From Dicyema japonicum (Eukaryota; Animalia; Dicyemida), in assembly GCA_011109175.1 (NCBI GenBank), contig RDEW01000014.1:186001-250000 (forward strand): DNA of 64,000 nucleotides, read 5' to 3'. The first letter of the stretch is position 1; each line of letters begins with the position of its first letter. A program made the position numbers and the translations under genes. The notes below the pieces were generated by a model, which was given only the letters and a program-made list of their open reading frames with translations, ran no database searches and had not been told where the DNA came from. Shown here piece after piece: positions 51,279 through 64,000 of this stretch.

Positions 51279-53880
51279 AATTAGTTGTTTATACTCCTTC
51301 CTTTTCGGTGCTCCCTTTTCGGGGTTATTAAATAAAAATAAATTATGTGGTGCTATCTGGCTAGTTATTTTTTTCTTTCGATAGCGTCATTGATCCACCT
51401 TACTGAAAAGACTCCCAATGCCTGGCCGGCATCAAGATGATCCAACTATTCTTTTTTCGGGAGACAATGTCGTTACTGGAGACGAGTTCTGGAGCACTGG
51501 AACGAGTCAGGATCAAGGAATTAGTTAGTTTGGTCATCGTTTGGTTATTGGAATAACAATTTTTTAATTTAATAAATTCTCTGAGAAAGCACTGTCTCGC
51601 AGGTACCGGGTCTTTTCCTTGTCTGTCAAGGATCACTTATTCCTTTTCTCTTTTAATCGAGAATAATAAACTAATTAGGAATTTTCTTGTGATACCTCGA
51701 CGGAGAGTTGTCTGATCATAATCCCCCGAGCTCCTATACTTCGGGACTCTTACGGAGAGTGTATGTTTTACTGTGAGTAACCTGTTGTTTTTTGTGTAAA
51801 TCAACGTTGAGAACTATTGAGAGATATTTTTCGGCCTTTATAATTTTTTGTTAGTTTTTTTTTGAATATTCGAATTCAGAACATGTTTAGAGTTTTAAAT
51901 GATCTTTGATGATTTCCGGTGACGAGTATGAGGAGAGATTATAATCTATTCAACGTCTTCCTTGGTCAATACTCACTGTCTACGATTGAATATGTCTATT
52001 TTTTGTGGTAATTCTCATGTGCTGATTTTTTATCCCCAATTTGAACTATGAAGACGCTGCAAAATTATTATATGGGTTTAGACTCCAATCAATTTTTGAC
52101 TAAATGTGAGGCAGTTTGTTAATTTTCAAAAAATTCAAAAGGATTTGGCAACGCCCAGAGGTTCTAATCCCTCGAAAAGGACCATTAGACCCTTCCCGGG
52201 GTCATTATCGACCCCGGCGATGTGTTCAAAAAGTCCAAACATTCCCGGAGAAAACCCTCAGCCCACTGTGGAGAAAGAAGTTTACTGCTCTCCAATTGAA
52301 ACATCAACGGAATTAATGGAAGGTCAGGGAACTCCTTTCAATCCTGGCAAATCAGAAGATCGATGTGGCCATGATTCAAGAAACTAAACTCCGCATGCAT
52401 GATTCCACTCCTTCATTCTCTGGATACGAGGCAATTAGGATAGACCGTAAAAAGAGAAGAGGGGGTAGACTACTTACTCTATTCAAAAAGAACCTAAAAT
52501 GCAGAGACATTACTTCGGAAGTGAGGAAACTTGTTGGAAATGACGAGGTTACTGAGGCAATTGGAATTTCGCTTAGGACAACGAAAGGAAATATGTGCCT
52601 CGTGAATATCTACTTGCCTCTTCCCGGCTCCTGCCCAAAGGACTATGTTATTCCAAACCTATCAAGATTGGCTATCTACGATGAGATCAATCATATGTGG
52701 AGATTTAAACGCAAAGCACCCATTATGGTTGTCAACCCAACAGGCCGACACGAGAGGGAAGCTATTGTTATTGAAATCGGACTCCCTAACGATTCTGAAC
52801 GATCCAGCGAAAAATACAAGGACCCCACTCAGAGAGACGGATCAGCCTACCTCACCGATGTAACACTCTACTCACATCGCTTTCATCAAAAATTGATTGG
52901 TCAGTCTACTACGAAACAAGAAGCGACATAACCAATTGTGATGAAGATCATGAGAGTCAAGTGAGGAGAACGCCTACAAGTTATATTACAAAGCTGCTAA
53001 TTGAGAATTGTATCGCGCAATCTCTGATGATACACTGAAGAATTGTTACTTGGACAGCTTCAATTCGTTAGAAAAAGCGATCAAATGCTTTACTTGCACA
53101 ATCCTAAAAGTAAAATCATTGGCTATTCCCAAGCATTGTCTAAATTTCTCTAATAGTCGAGTGAAGTCGGTATTGATTAATAAAAAAATAACCTCAAAAA
53201 ATCTAATTGGATCAAATTAGAAACGAAATTCCGGATCAGAGCTCTAAACAACGAAATAAAGGCCAGAGAGTTCAAGTCCCAGAAATTGAAGTGGAATCGA
53301 ATTCTTACAAAGGTAAATCGCAACCGTAGTACCGGAGAAGTGTGGAAAGCTATACGAAATGTTGCAAAGGGAGAAGAAACTTCCCCCGAGGATGACTATA
53401 CTCAACGAGACGTTAACAATTTGATAAAATTCTACACAAAAATTTCGTACAAAGAACACAGGAAGTCGGAAGTGTTTCTCTCATCACGCAGAAAACTGAA
53501 AAGAATTCTTACCCATTTACTTCTCGGATGAAAAGTGAAGAATGCGCTGCGTTTTACAAGAACAACGTACTCTGCCGACAACATTCCCGTAGTATTATTA
53601 AAGAATTAACAAGGCCTTTGATTCTATTTCGAGAAAAAATATTATCAAAGAAAATTTTCCAGTCGGAGATCCCGGGGAAGCTTAAACTTTTGATAACAAA
53701 TTTCTTAAGTGGACGGAAAGGACGTGTATGCCTCGGAGGACTGAAATCAGCCTCGCGTCTACTTTCAAACGGTCTCCCCCAAGGATCTCCTTTATCCCTC
53801 GCTTTATTCAATTTATACTTACCGACCTCCCGACACCGGAATCCAATAACGATGTTCTACTCTCATATGGGGACGATGAG
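51279..53880 (+). repeat. Repeat block copy 2 (unknown repeat plus LINE family A APE-RT)
   Basis: MIQETKL, NIYLP, GDLNAKH, GLPQGSPLS, YGDD; retains about 600 bp of APE sequence missing from copy 1. Confidence 0.85.
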
Positions 53881-54599
53881 ACTCCATCCACCCCGAGGGA
53901 TTCTCCCGAATCTCCTTTTCGCAGAGTTGACAACCATTGAGATCCACTTGATCCTGTCACCTGATCGAATCTCAGTGATTAATGCTTTGAAGGACAGCAG
54001 ATGAGCAGGAACATTTCCCACAGGAGATCGTATATTAGTACCATTGGCATCATGTAGTCCAGAAGACACACTTCTCACGTCTAATTGGTTTCTATCTTCA
54101 ATATTCTCTGTAAGACGGCCCTCAGGATTTGTTTGCAAACTGGTGAAAACAGACGTACACACCACCACTAGCACAAAAACTATTTCCTAATAGCTTTAAT
54201 AATATAGAAAATACAAACCTGTCATTAAATGAAAACTGTTAATGCACAAAAAACAAATTATAATGTGTAATTTAAAATGAAATCAAAAAAACTAACAAAA
54301 TAATTATGTATTATTTTAGGACAATTTTATCTTTGAAATAGGACAAATATGAAATTGTCCTATTTTTTGTCCTAAATAGGTCAATTTTCGCACTAGTGAT
54401 TACCGAATGATCATCTTACCTTTAGAATCTCGCAACTATGGGCTGAAGTTCGCTATTCACAAAAGTTATTGGAATTCAATCCACAAATGTTATCGAGATA
54501 ACGACCGAATGATAGTCCTGACACACGTGGGAGCTTTAGCATATTTGACTATTTGTTCCAATGATAATGTTAATAATACGGTTATTTCTTTCAAAGACT

Positions 54600-56060
54600 T
54601 TCATTAATTTGCAACTGTTCACTGTATCGAAGGTTCTGGAAAGTTATATACTCAGGATATGAATGCACGTTTGTATTTTTGGCACAAGGCCCCGAATCAC
54701 CTGTGCGTCTGAATAGTTTCTCCAATAAACCTTCGGAATCCACTCTGGTTAAAAGACTGATATTTGTCGACCTTATGCCTGATTCTATCAAAGATAACGA
54801 TTGGCAGTGTTTTTCGTAAGGTAGGTAGAATAATTATTGACGTAAACTGTTTATGGAGCCTTTAGGCTTTCAAAATTCTGTGTTAGAACTAGTGTCCCTA
54901 GCCAAAAGGATTGGGATTGTCCTGCGTTGCTAATCGATGAGGAATTTTGTTATCGATGTTGTAGTTCAATTGGTTAGTACTTCAATAGTTCTGTTGATAT
55001 TCGACAGATGGGAGATTTTCAGATATTAAGCCTTCAAATTGTAGATGTTGTGTTATCGGATTTTTAGGCCAACGAGACTACTTTTGACTAGAATATGGTA
55101 GCCTGTTTTGTGTACAATTAGTAATATTTCGAAATCTTCCAACAAAAAGGTCATCTCGTTCTTGACATATTGTGCATTCTCTTTGCAAAAATCGAAGGAA
55201 TTAAAAACCATCCGCGAATTAGAAAGATCAAAATATCATTAGCTGTTCTTCCTCTATTCAGTAGGCAAATCACTTTGAATATTTTCGCTCCGTTTCTATA
55301 TTTTTCAATTTCGTTTCCCAGTGCTACAATTTTCTTCTTTTCGGATATTCTTTGTTGCTGTCTAATTCGCGGATGGTTTTTAATTTCTTAGATTTTTGTG
55401 GGTTTGTTGAGCTTTCTGCTGTAGTCGATTTGTGGATGTGAAAACTTTAATTATATTGAAGTATCGTTGACTGGTTTCGATATCTTTTCTTGCAACCTTC
55501 TTGGTTGTGATGAGTGATTCCTTCCACCATTCTATGTGGAAGATAAATTTTCAAGTTGTTTGATATATTTAATCAAGGAGACCTTGTATCCTTCTTGGAT
55601 TGTTTCGTCACGCACTAGGCTTTCCAATGCAAATCTGTGCTATTATCTTTTTCTTCCAGAAATACCAAAAGCACACTTCATACTATTCTGGATCCGTGGA
55701 ATTCACGTGACTAGGATTTTAAGTCAACTATTAATCTTTTTGGGCTTTACCTGCATGCCACGTATTGATTTGGCTGTTTATCTAGGTTAGGGTCCATTCT
55801 GGTTTTTTCTATTCCTTGTCCACGTGGGTATGTCTCTTGCTGAATGTTATAATATTGTGTTACAGATACAAATACTTCAGTCGACCAAGTATCCACCAGG
55901 AAGGTTCCTTCTGTTTTTTTCATGTAAACCAATAAAATATTCTCCATCATGTTCTTTCCCCACTCTTGAAGTCGAGACAGGGACAATTTTGCGCACACAT
56001 GTGAGAAATCTTCATAAACCACGTATAACTTGTCTATTTTGGGAGGATAAATATTTGTAG
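54600..56060 (-). mobile_element. Decayed RTE-like LINE
   Basis: IIILPTLRKTL..NQSGFR on the minus strand, preceded by APE-like remnants. Confidence 0.6.
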
Positions 56061-56094
56061 GAGATATTGCTTTTATCGTAAATTTTTATTAGAC

Positions 56095-56415
56095 AATAAT
56101 AAAGCCATTTCACGAGAGCTATAATATTTATAGCTCCGCATAGGCAGGACACATACTTTATTTAAGTAAAGAACAGTTAATTTTAACTAATCGTAGAACC
56201 AAAGAATGATCTTCACTTCTTTTTTTCTTTTTCTTGTGTGTGGGTCATTTCTAGACAATCCAGTTCCGCAGTGAGTATCCACTGATGACGGCGTCACTCG
56301 TCAAACCCTTTTGGCATCGTAGATGCGTGGAACCTTCCACCAGATAAACAGCAGCGAGAATCGAACCCGTAACCTAAGTCACTTTAGCCCGACATATAAC
56401 CACTATGCCACCGGC
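56095..56415 (-). mobile_element. tRNA-derived SINE, copy 2
   Basis: Reverse complement of the 43383-43700 family; B box GGGTTCGATTCTC. Confidence 0.88.
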
Positions 56416-57371
56416 TGTCCTACATTAGAATATTCTAACTCCGGCTGATTACGCAATGGAAACTTACTTAACGCCAATCATTCATATGAACTCATACTGA
56501 GAATAACCCTGTCTTTAACGAGATGGCCTACAAAAGATAAGGATTAAATTGTAAGACCAGAAAGATTTGAAAATTCACAACAGAGAGGAGTAGATAAAAC
56601 TAGTTATTCGGATCTGGTGCAAGTCAACACAAAAGAAATATTAATGATTGAATAATATGCTATCGAGACAACTAGATGAATAAACAGGAAGTTTTTGCTT
56701 TTTTCTGAAGAGTCTTGGACGTCTGACTACATTTAGAAGAAATAGCTTTCGTAAAACCCATGGGTTCTTCGAGTTGTTCTCTATTGCCATCGTGAGAATC
56801 AACGCTGTGTTTATTATGTCAACGGGGGTCAATAGATTTTTACTATCCCTGGATATACATGAAAGAGTTTTTATCCACTTACCCAGTCTGAATGATACGT
56901 CCGTCATATTGTGGGAACCCATTTACTGGACTGGAGAAGAGAGGGCTCCTTTTTGAATGCCGCCCACTTACTGGGCATCTCCTGAGTTAACTAATTAGAT
57001 GATCCCAGCCACTAAAATTATAGAATTCTTCTAGCGTGATCCACCAGCGATCCCATCGTTTCTTGAAGTTCTTCCGAAAATGTCGACAAATGAACGACGA
57101 ACGTTTTATAAATGGTTTAGTTTAAGAATGATTGTACGAAGAAAACTAAGATCGAGAAATCAAAAATAATGATCTTTTCATGTGAAACTTGAACCTCTGC
57201 AGAAAGAAAAACATCGCTTTTAATAAAAAAATGAAAAACCTTTTGACATGTGACCTTGCAATTTATTTTTGCTGTAAAATTTAATATTTATTTATTAAAT
57301 TACTGAATAAATATTTAATATATTTTTTAATAAAATTGAATATATTTGAATCTGAATAAATTTTGACCTAA

Positions 57372-58150
57372 ATGATTTCTTTCATAAGTTTTACCTTAAT
57401 TTAACATATTTAGTTTTTCTAAAATTTTCGACTGGGGATGATTTCATGGATTTACTAAATGGAAATAAGAAAGTAGTCCTCAATAATGCTGTCGCAATGT
57501 GGACCGCAGAGGTCGATGGGGTTGTTAAAGGTATTTTGGAAGGTGTAATAACCATCAAATATATGGACGACAATAGTGAAGTAATAAATATTTATAATAC
57601 GAGTTCGTAACTTATACTTTTAGTCAGAATGATACTTTGTCCTTTATAAGTGATGGAACAGAAAATATCTTTGAATTAACTGCAAATGAAAGTTCACTGA
57701 AATTTTACGTTGTAAGCAATATAAATGGAAGCTATGTGAACCGAACAGAACTTGAACTAGGTAAAAATGGCTTTTTATGTAGCTGAGGGAGGACAGTCTA
57801 TTAATTACACTTCTTATGGAAATTTTGACGATAAAGGCTATTACTCGTGTAAGAATCAAAAAATTGTCTTTAATTCTTATGATTATGTCATCTTCACCAA
57901 CATCAAAATGAATTTTTCTAAAGACGACAAAATCAAAAAATTTGTCGGAGAAAGTTTGAGATTTTTATTAGCTTGCATAGATAATAGTTGTTTCTCCCAA
58001 AACCAAGATAAATTTCCTGCACGTTTTTTAGCAAAAATATTTGGATCTGTGTCTGCGGCCATTGTTACGATGATTGTGATATCTCTTTTCGTTGTTCGGC
58101 GATATCAATATGGATATGAATGTGATGAGTTGGAATTCAGGTCAATGTGA
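57372..58150 (+). CDS. LAMP-like type I membrane glycoprotein
   Basis: Signal-like MISFI|IFLKFSTG; many N-x-S/T sites; YYSCKNQKI and CIDN cysteine pair; TM segment IFGSVSAAIVTMIVISLFVV; tail RRYQYGYE; introns of 26, 23 and 22 nt. Confidence 0.68.
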
Positions 58151-58639
58151 TTCTAATAATTGGTTCCTTTTAGTTAATAAATCGGGCTTATTTTATTGGT
58201 AAAAATAAAACTTTTAACTTTTTATTCCGAAAGATTACTTGAGAAGATGGACACAACCAAAGGCGAAAATTCCACCATTTTTCTATTTTAATGATCGATC
58301 AACCCGTTTAACCGACTAACTAATCTTGTTCGTACACGATTTTTTCTAAGAGGGAAATATTATAATTATCATTTTAAACGATAGAATTCCATCATTGACT
58401 CGTATGTTGTAGCACAGAATAAACGATAAGAGTGGTCTGAGAGCGCAGAGAAGACTCCACGAGTTTGCAGGACTTGCGGCATGAGGTCAAATGACTCACT
58501 CTTTAATTTTCCTTGCACATAAAGTTTTTTAAAATTAAAAAGCTTAACTTATAAGATTATCCTACTTCATATACCAAAATCAGCGCTACTATCTAATGCC
58601 TTCCGTCTCTCGAGGTTGATCACCTGGTACGTCAACGGC

Positions 58640-59400
58640 GACCAATGAAATCGACACTACACATCTGTTTTCTACTTTTGAAAGCATACAAACAACTATC
58701 TTATAATTCACAGACAGCGATAGTGCTAGTCTGGACGGCATGTTCCAGCCTCATAAAAGACCTTATTTATGCTGCAAGAGGAAACGTCCTAATTAACGCT
58801 ACGAAAATTCTTAGAAAACATTCTCCGAGACGAAATTTCAAATTACACTCAAAAACTTCTGTTTGCATCCAAATCGGTCATTTTCGGAAAGTCATGTGAA
58901 AACGTTCGCCCAATTACCATTGACGCCTATCGTCCAAAATATAAACCGAAGTTGCATGGACTTGGTTTCCCTAACTCTTCGCCGTCACTACCGTATTATT
59001 TGGAACCACAAAAACCCGAGAAACAGCATGGCAGGGGTGATTTGTTTTGCAGTAATACAGACATGCATGCCTTGCTTCTGCATAGATATATGAATGCAGT
59101 ACATGGTTCAAGGCTCTTCCCTGCGCATCACATGGGCACTCTTAGACAGTGACTCTACTCAGGAGTCCGCCTCCGGCTCTTCAATATATGCATGAGCCAA
59201 CGATACGGATACGGAAAAACAGTTGACGCAAGAGAACGTCGAAAAGGCACAAAATGATAAAAGATTCCTGTGGAGGCAAGACTAAAATATGCAGATAAGA
59301 GACCCAATTGAATAACTCTTCACGGGAGGGTGGAAAATATTGAGACGCAACTTGTGATGATTGCTTTTCTCCCTCAAATTTAATACAGACATCCACTCGC
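58640..59400 (+). mobile_element. Decayed LINE RT remnant
   Basis: Degenerate RT and post-RT motifs (GDLF, RLRLFNI); many stops. Confidence 0.4.
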
Positions 59401-59559
59401 TACGGATCTGTTTGAAACGGAAAAATATGAAACATTGGAGATTTAATCATCAGTTAAAACCTTTTTGCTCACTGGACCCAAGTCTTTTACTTTTCTACGT
59501 GTCTTCGGATTTTTGATAACCAAAAAAATAAGTGACAGTAGAGAAAAGGGATAGTGGCT

Positions 59560-60130
59560 TATTTGACCCATTTCTATACAAGTTATAGTAAAATATTATT
59601 ATGTCTGTTCTCATTCTGGAAGTATTGTTCCATTACTATATTTTCAGGGGGATCTATGCTTATACGCAGTGCCCAAAGAATCTCCATCTCGATTCAATGA
59701 TTTCCATGCTCAATAGGATCGATTTGGTTACACGATGTAGTCTCTTATTCGACATTTTCTTTACCCCGAGCCTAATAGTTTTATTAAATGTTTCCTGTGT
59801 CTTTATTGCAGAGATTAAAGCTCATCAAAATAGTATTAATTTTATTTTAAAGATCGCGATATTCAATACATCATATTCTTTTCTATAAGGCTAGTCACGG
59901 TCTCCCAACTACTGAGTACCAAGGGCAACTGCAATAAAATATGAGTCTTGTAATTTTTAATATCCCCAGATATGCCTGAAATAAGTTCAGTTCTTTTCAA
60001 GATCCCCATTAGTAGAACTTACCCACTGAAGTAAGTAAGAAAAGGTTCTTTTTTGGATGCTAATAATTAGGAGTATCCTGATTTAGGTGAATCCAATGAC
60101 GCCCTAGGAATTGAATACGGAAGAAAGTAG
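59560..60130 (-). mobile_element. Decayed LINE C-terminal remnant
   Basis: WRFFGHCV motif; short homology with 43850-43900. Confidence 0.4.
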
Positions 60131-60348
60131 AGAAATTCTAAAATAAAATAGGTATCAGTGTGAGAATCGATAGAACTAAATGCAACTAATGTAGCAGAAC
60201 TTACCATTCAGCTAATTGGTCGAAGGATTTCCATTAAACCGGGTAGTCCCAAATAAAATTTATTCTTAAATCGAATAATCTCAAATAAAAGCTAATTCAA
60301 AAATTTAAATGTAAAATCATTTAATTTGAGAATATCAAAAAATGGTAA

Positions 60349-61762
<1,414 letters not shown>

Positions 61763-61854
61763 AAATAACTAATTTCAAAATTATTTATTTATTATTATTT
61801 GATAGTTAACTTTTTAAATATAATAATTCTTTTATTTAGTGTCAGATTCACTCA

Positions 61855-62060
61855 TAACCAATGGTAACCAAACTAACTCCTTGATCCTGACTAGTTCCAG
61901 CGTTCCAGAACTTGTTTCTAGGTAACAACATTGTCCCCGAAAAAAATAGTTAGATCCTTTGACGCCGGCAGGCATTGGACGTCTTTCAGTAAGGTGGATT
62001 AATACAATCGGAGGGAAAGAAAATAATTTTCGACCGACTAGCCGTATGTCACCACATGGC
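61855..62060. repeat. Third, inverted copy of the unknown repeat at about 49290-49500 and 51340-51545
   Basis: Reverse complement of ccttactga..agactcccaatgcc..ctggaac..agtcaggatcaagga. Confidence 0.8.
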
Positions 62061-63229
62061 ACACGCGAGAAAAATGAACTTTTTGGTTTTTAAATAAATA
62101 AATTGTTTCAGAAAATAAGTAAAAAATGTTTTTAGTTCTGTCTCATATTTATGCAGCAAAAATGTCTCCACTTAGCAGCGAAATAATTTAAAAAATTAAA
62201 ATTTATTGAGCCAGAAAAACTCCGTCATAGCCAGAATAAAAAATTCAGTCTATCTAATTGAAGCAAATGCTGTCCAGGGGAACTCTATGAATGAATGTTG
62301 ATTAATGGTTCTTTTGGTTATAATGATTATATCTGGAGCCACCTGAGATGGTGAACCACATGACGCACGCTAAGAATTCAAGTTCCCTGGAGCCTAAGGG
62401 AAGATGAGGAACAGAAGAAGCACAAAAAATCTTCAATTCAAGTAGCTGTATAGCACCACACTAACGTTGCCGCCACGTGGCATAGTTGCCCTAATAAGTA
62501 CAGAAATAACAAGACTGTCTGGGTAGAAGTCGGTTGGCAGCCCCACCATTTCGTATTACTTCCCCTTATCTCAATTAGCAGTGTTTACTCATATTCGTCA
62601 CAGTCTTCCTGTGCCCTCATAAATATGTACATCTCCCTTTGACGTACTGTCAACTTGAAATTCTTTCGTAACTTTGAGACATTACCTTCTACGGCGACCT
62701 CAATATAATAGATCCCTCTGGTATCACCTGAGTCTTCAAATTCCAAAAGAAGACAAGTTCTTTTTGAACTCGGACATCTCGTCATATTGAACAACAGGTA
62801 TCAGCACATGGGGCATTTTAGAGATCTAAAGATGTTCCAGACTTCTCGTTGATCTCACTCTTTCGTAACATCGAAAATATACTTGTTGGATTCGTCCTGG
62901 ACTACAACCCTTATTTTAGTTAAAAATCTTTTTTGTGAAAAAATAAATCCAAAAAGATTTAAGAAATCCAACCGTCAACTCGAACTGTCATTATTGAATA
63001 AAGAAAATGGGTGGATTATCTTCCGTCTTAACTCAAAATCAAACCATAAAAATTCTGGCGATTCATCAAAGTTTTTCTTACCAATCGAACTGATTTTGGT
63101 TTTTCTTATGGTGAGACGTTTATTACAGCAGTTTATTACACAAAAATTTGAATCGTCAAGCAGATGATCTAATGGTCCATTATTACAAAGTAAATTACCT
63201 CTCAATGCCAAAAAAACCACCCAAGAAGG

Positions 63230-63700
63230 TTCAATCACCTCGATGGTCTAGAACGCACATTCAAATCCTATCTCACCTATTCACAATTTAATCAAAATCT
63301 CCTGAGAATCTCTTTTCAAAGGCAACAGATAAATTTTTCGATTTTATAAATTCCTGCTATTAAATTTTCTATCTTCTCTTCAGTAGTATGCCCATAACTG
63401 ATACAACTCACCCTACGCTGATGACCTCATCATTTCATCCACATATAAAAGCTTCAAATAGCTCAGATAATGTTAAAAATCACCTACTTCATTTTGATTG
63501 GATTGTATCATGCTAGATGTCCCCATCCCAATAGAAATCTTCATTAACCTAATTTACCATCGACTGAAAGCAGTTCAACTATCGTCCTACTCTATCGCTT
63601 TTGACCCGCTTCTTTATACAGTACAACCCCGCCCCAATAAAACCCAGACTTGGGGCACCCTCTATATATTGTGCACTTCTTTATAAAGTTCAGTTTATGA
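63230..63700 (+). mobile_element. LINE family A RT remnant
   Basis: TYADD at about 63410-63425; decayed flanks. Confidence 0.5.
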
Positions 63701-64000
63701 TAGTTTATTTAATTTCCGACCAATAGAATAATAATAAATATAAATCATCGACCCCGCTTATTGGGGTATTTTTGTTAAATAAAAATTTTATTATTCTATT
63801 CAAAATTATAGCGTGGCAAAAAGATTTTTTGCCGCGTAGTGAATAGGTGATGTGAATCAGGCGCCTGCATCATAAATGGAAAAGATGCTTTTTATATTGA
63901 AAGAGAATGAATTAACTAAAAAAGATTTTTTGTGCCTTGATGCAAAATTTTTGAAGCCATAGCAAGGAACTCTATGTCCGAAAGGAAAATATCAAAGATG

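Noticed and set aside
56270-56310. Hammerhead-like CTGATGA core in the SINE antisense strand
   Set aside because: The required GAAA after stem II is absent (CGTCAAAC), and stems I and III cannot be formed.

Overview
AT-rich eukaryotic (animal) genomic DNA, not prokaryotic. About 11 host genes sit as compact islands among decayed non-LTR retrotransposons. They are split by very short GT-AG introns, mostly 19-26 nt. The genes are: a Src-family kinase, ASF1, an RBM7/11-like RRM protein, NDUFA5, VPS26C/DSCR3, a CARD protein with a predicted C-terminal membrane hairpin, TELO2, a CCDC177-like protein, CCDC40, a LAMP-like protein and KAT5/Tip60. Tiny introns plus a metazoan tyrosine kinase and a motile-cilia gene suggest a dicyemid-type animal (inference). 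Mobile DNA includes: an RTE-like LINE family; a tRNA-derived SINE sharing that family's 3' tail; an APE-RT family with a 2A-like peptide; a full-length two-ORF LINE with a 10-bp TSD nested inside an R4/Dong-like element; CRE-like remnants; and pogo and hAT remnants. KAT5, NDUFA5 and TELO2 carry 1-2 nt frameshifts at short runs, most likely assembly errors. All gene models and family names come from manual translation and remembered family motifs; no searches were run. Coordinates of decayed elements are approximate.
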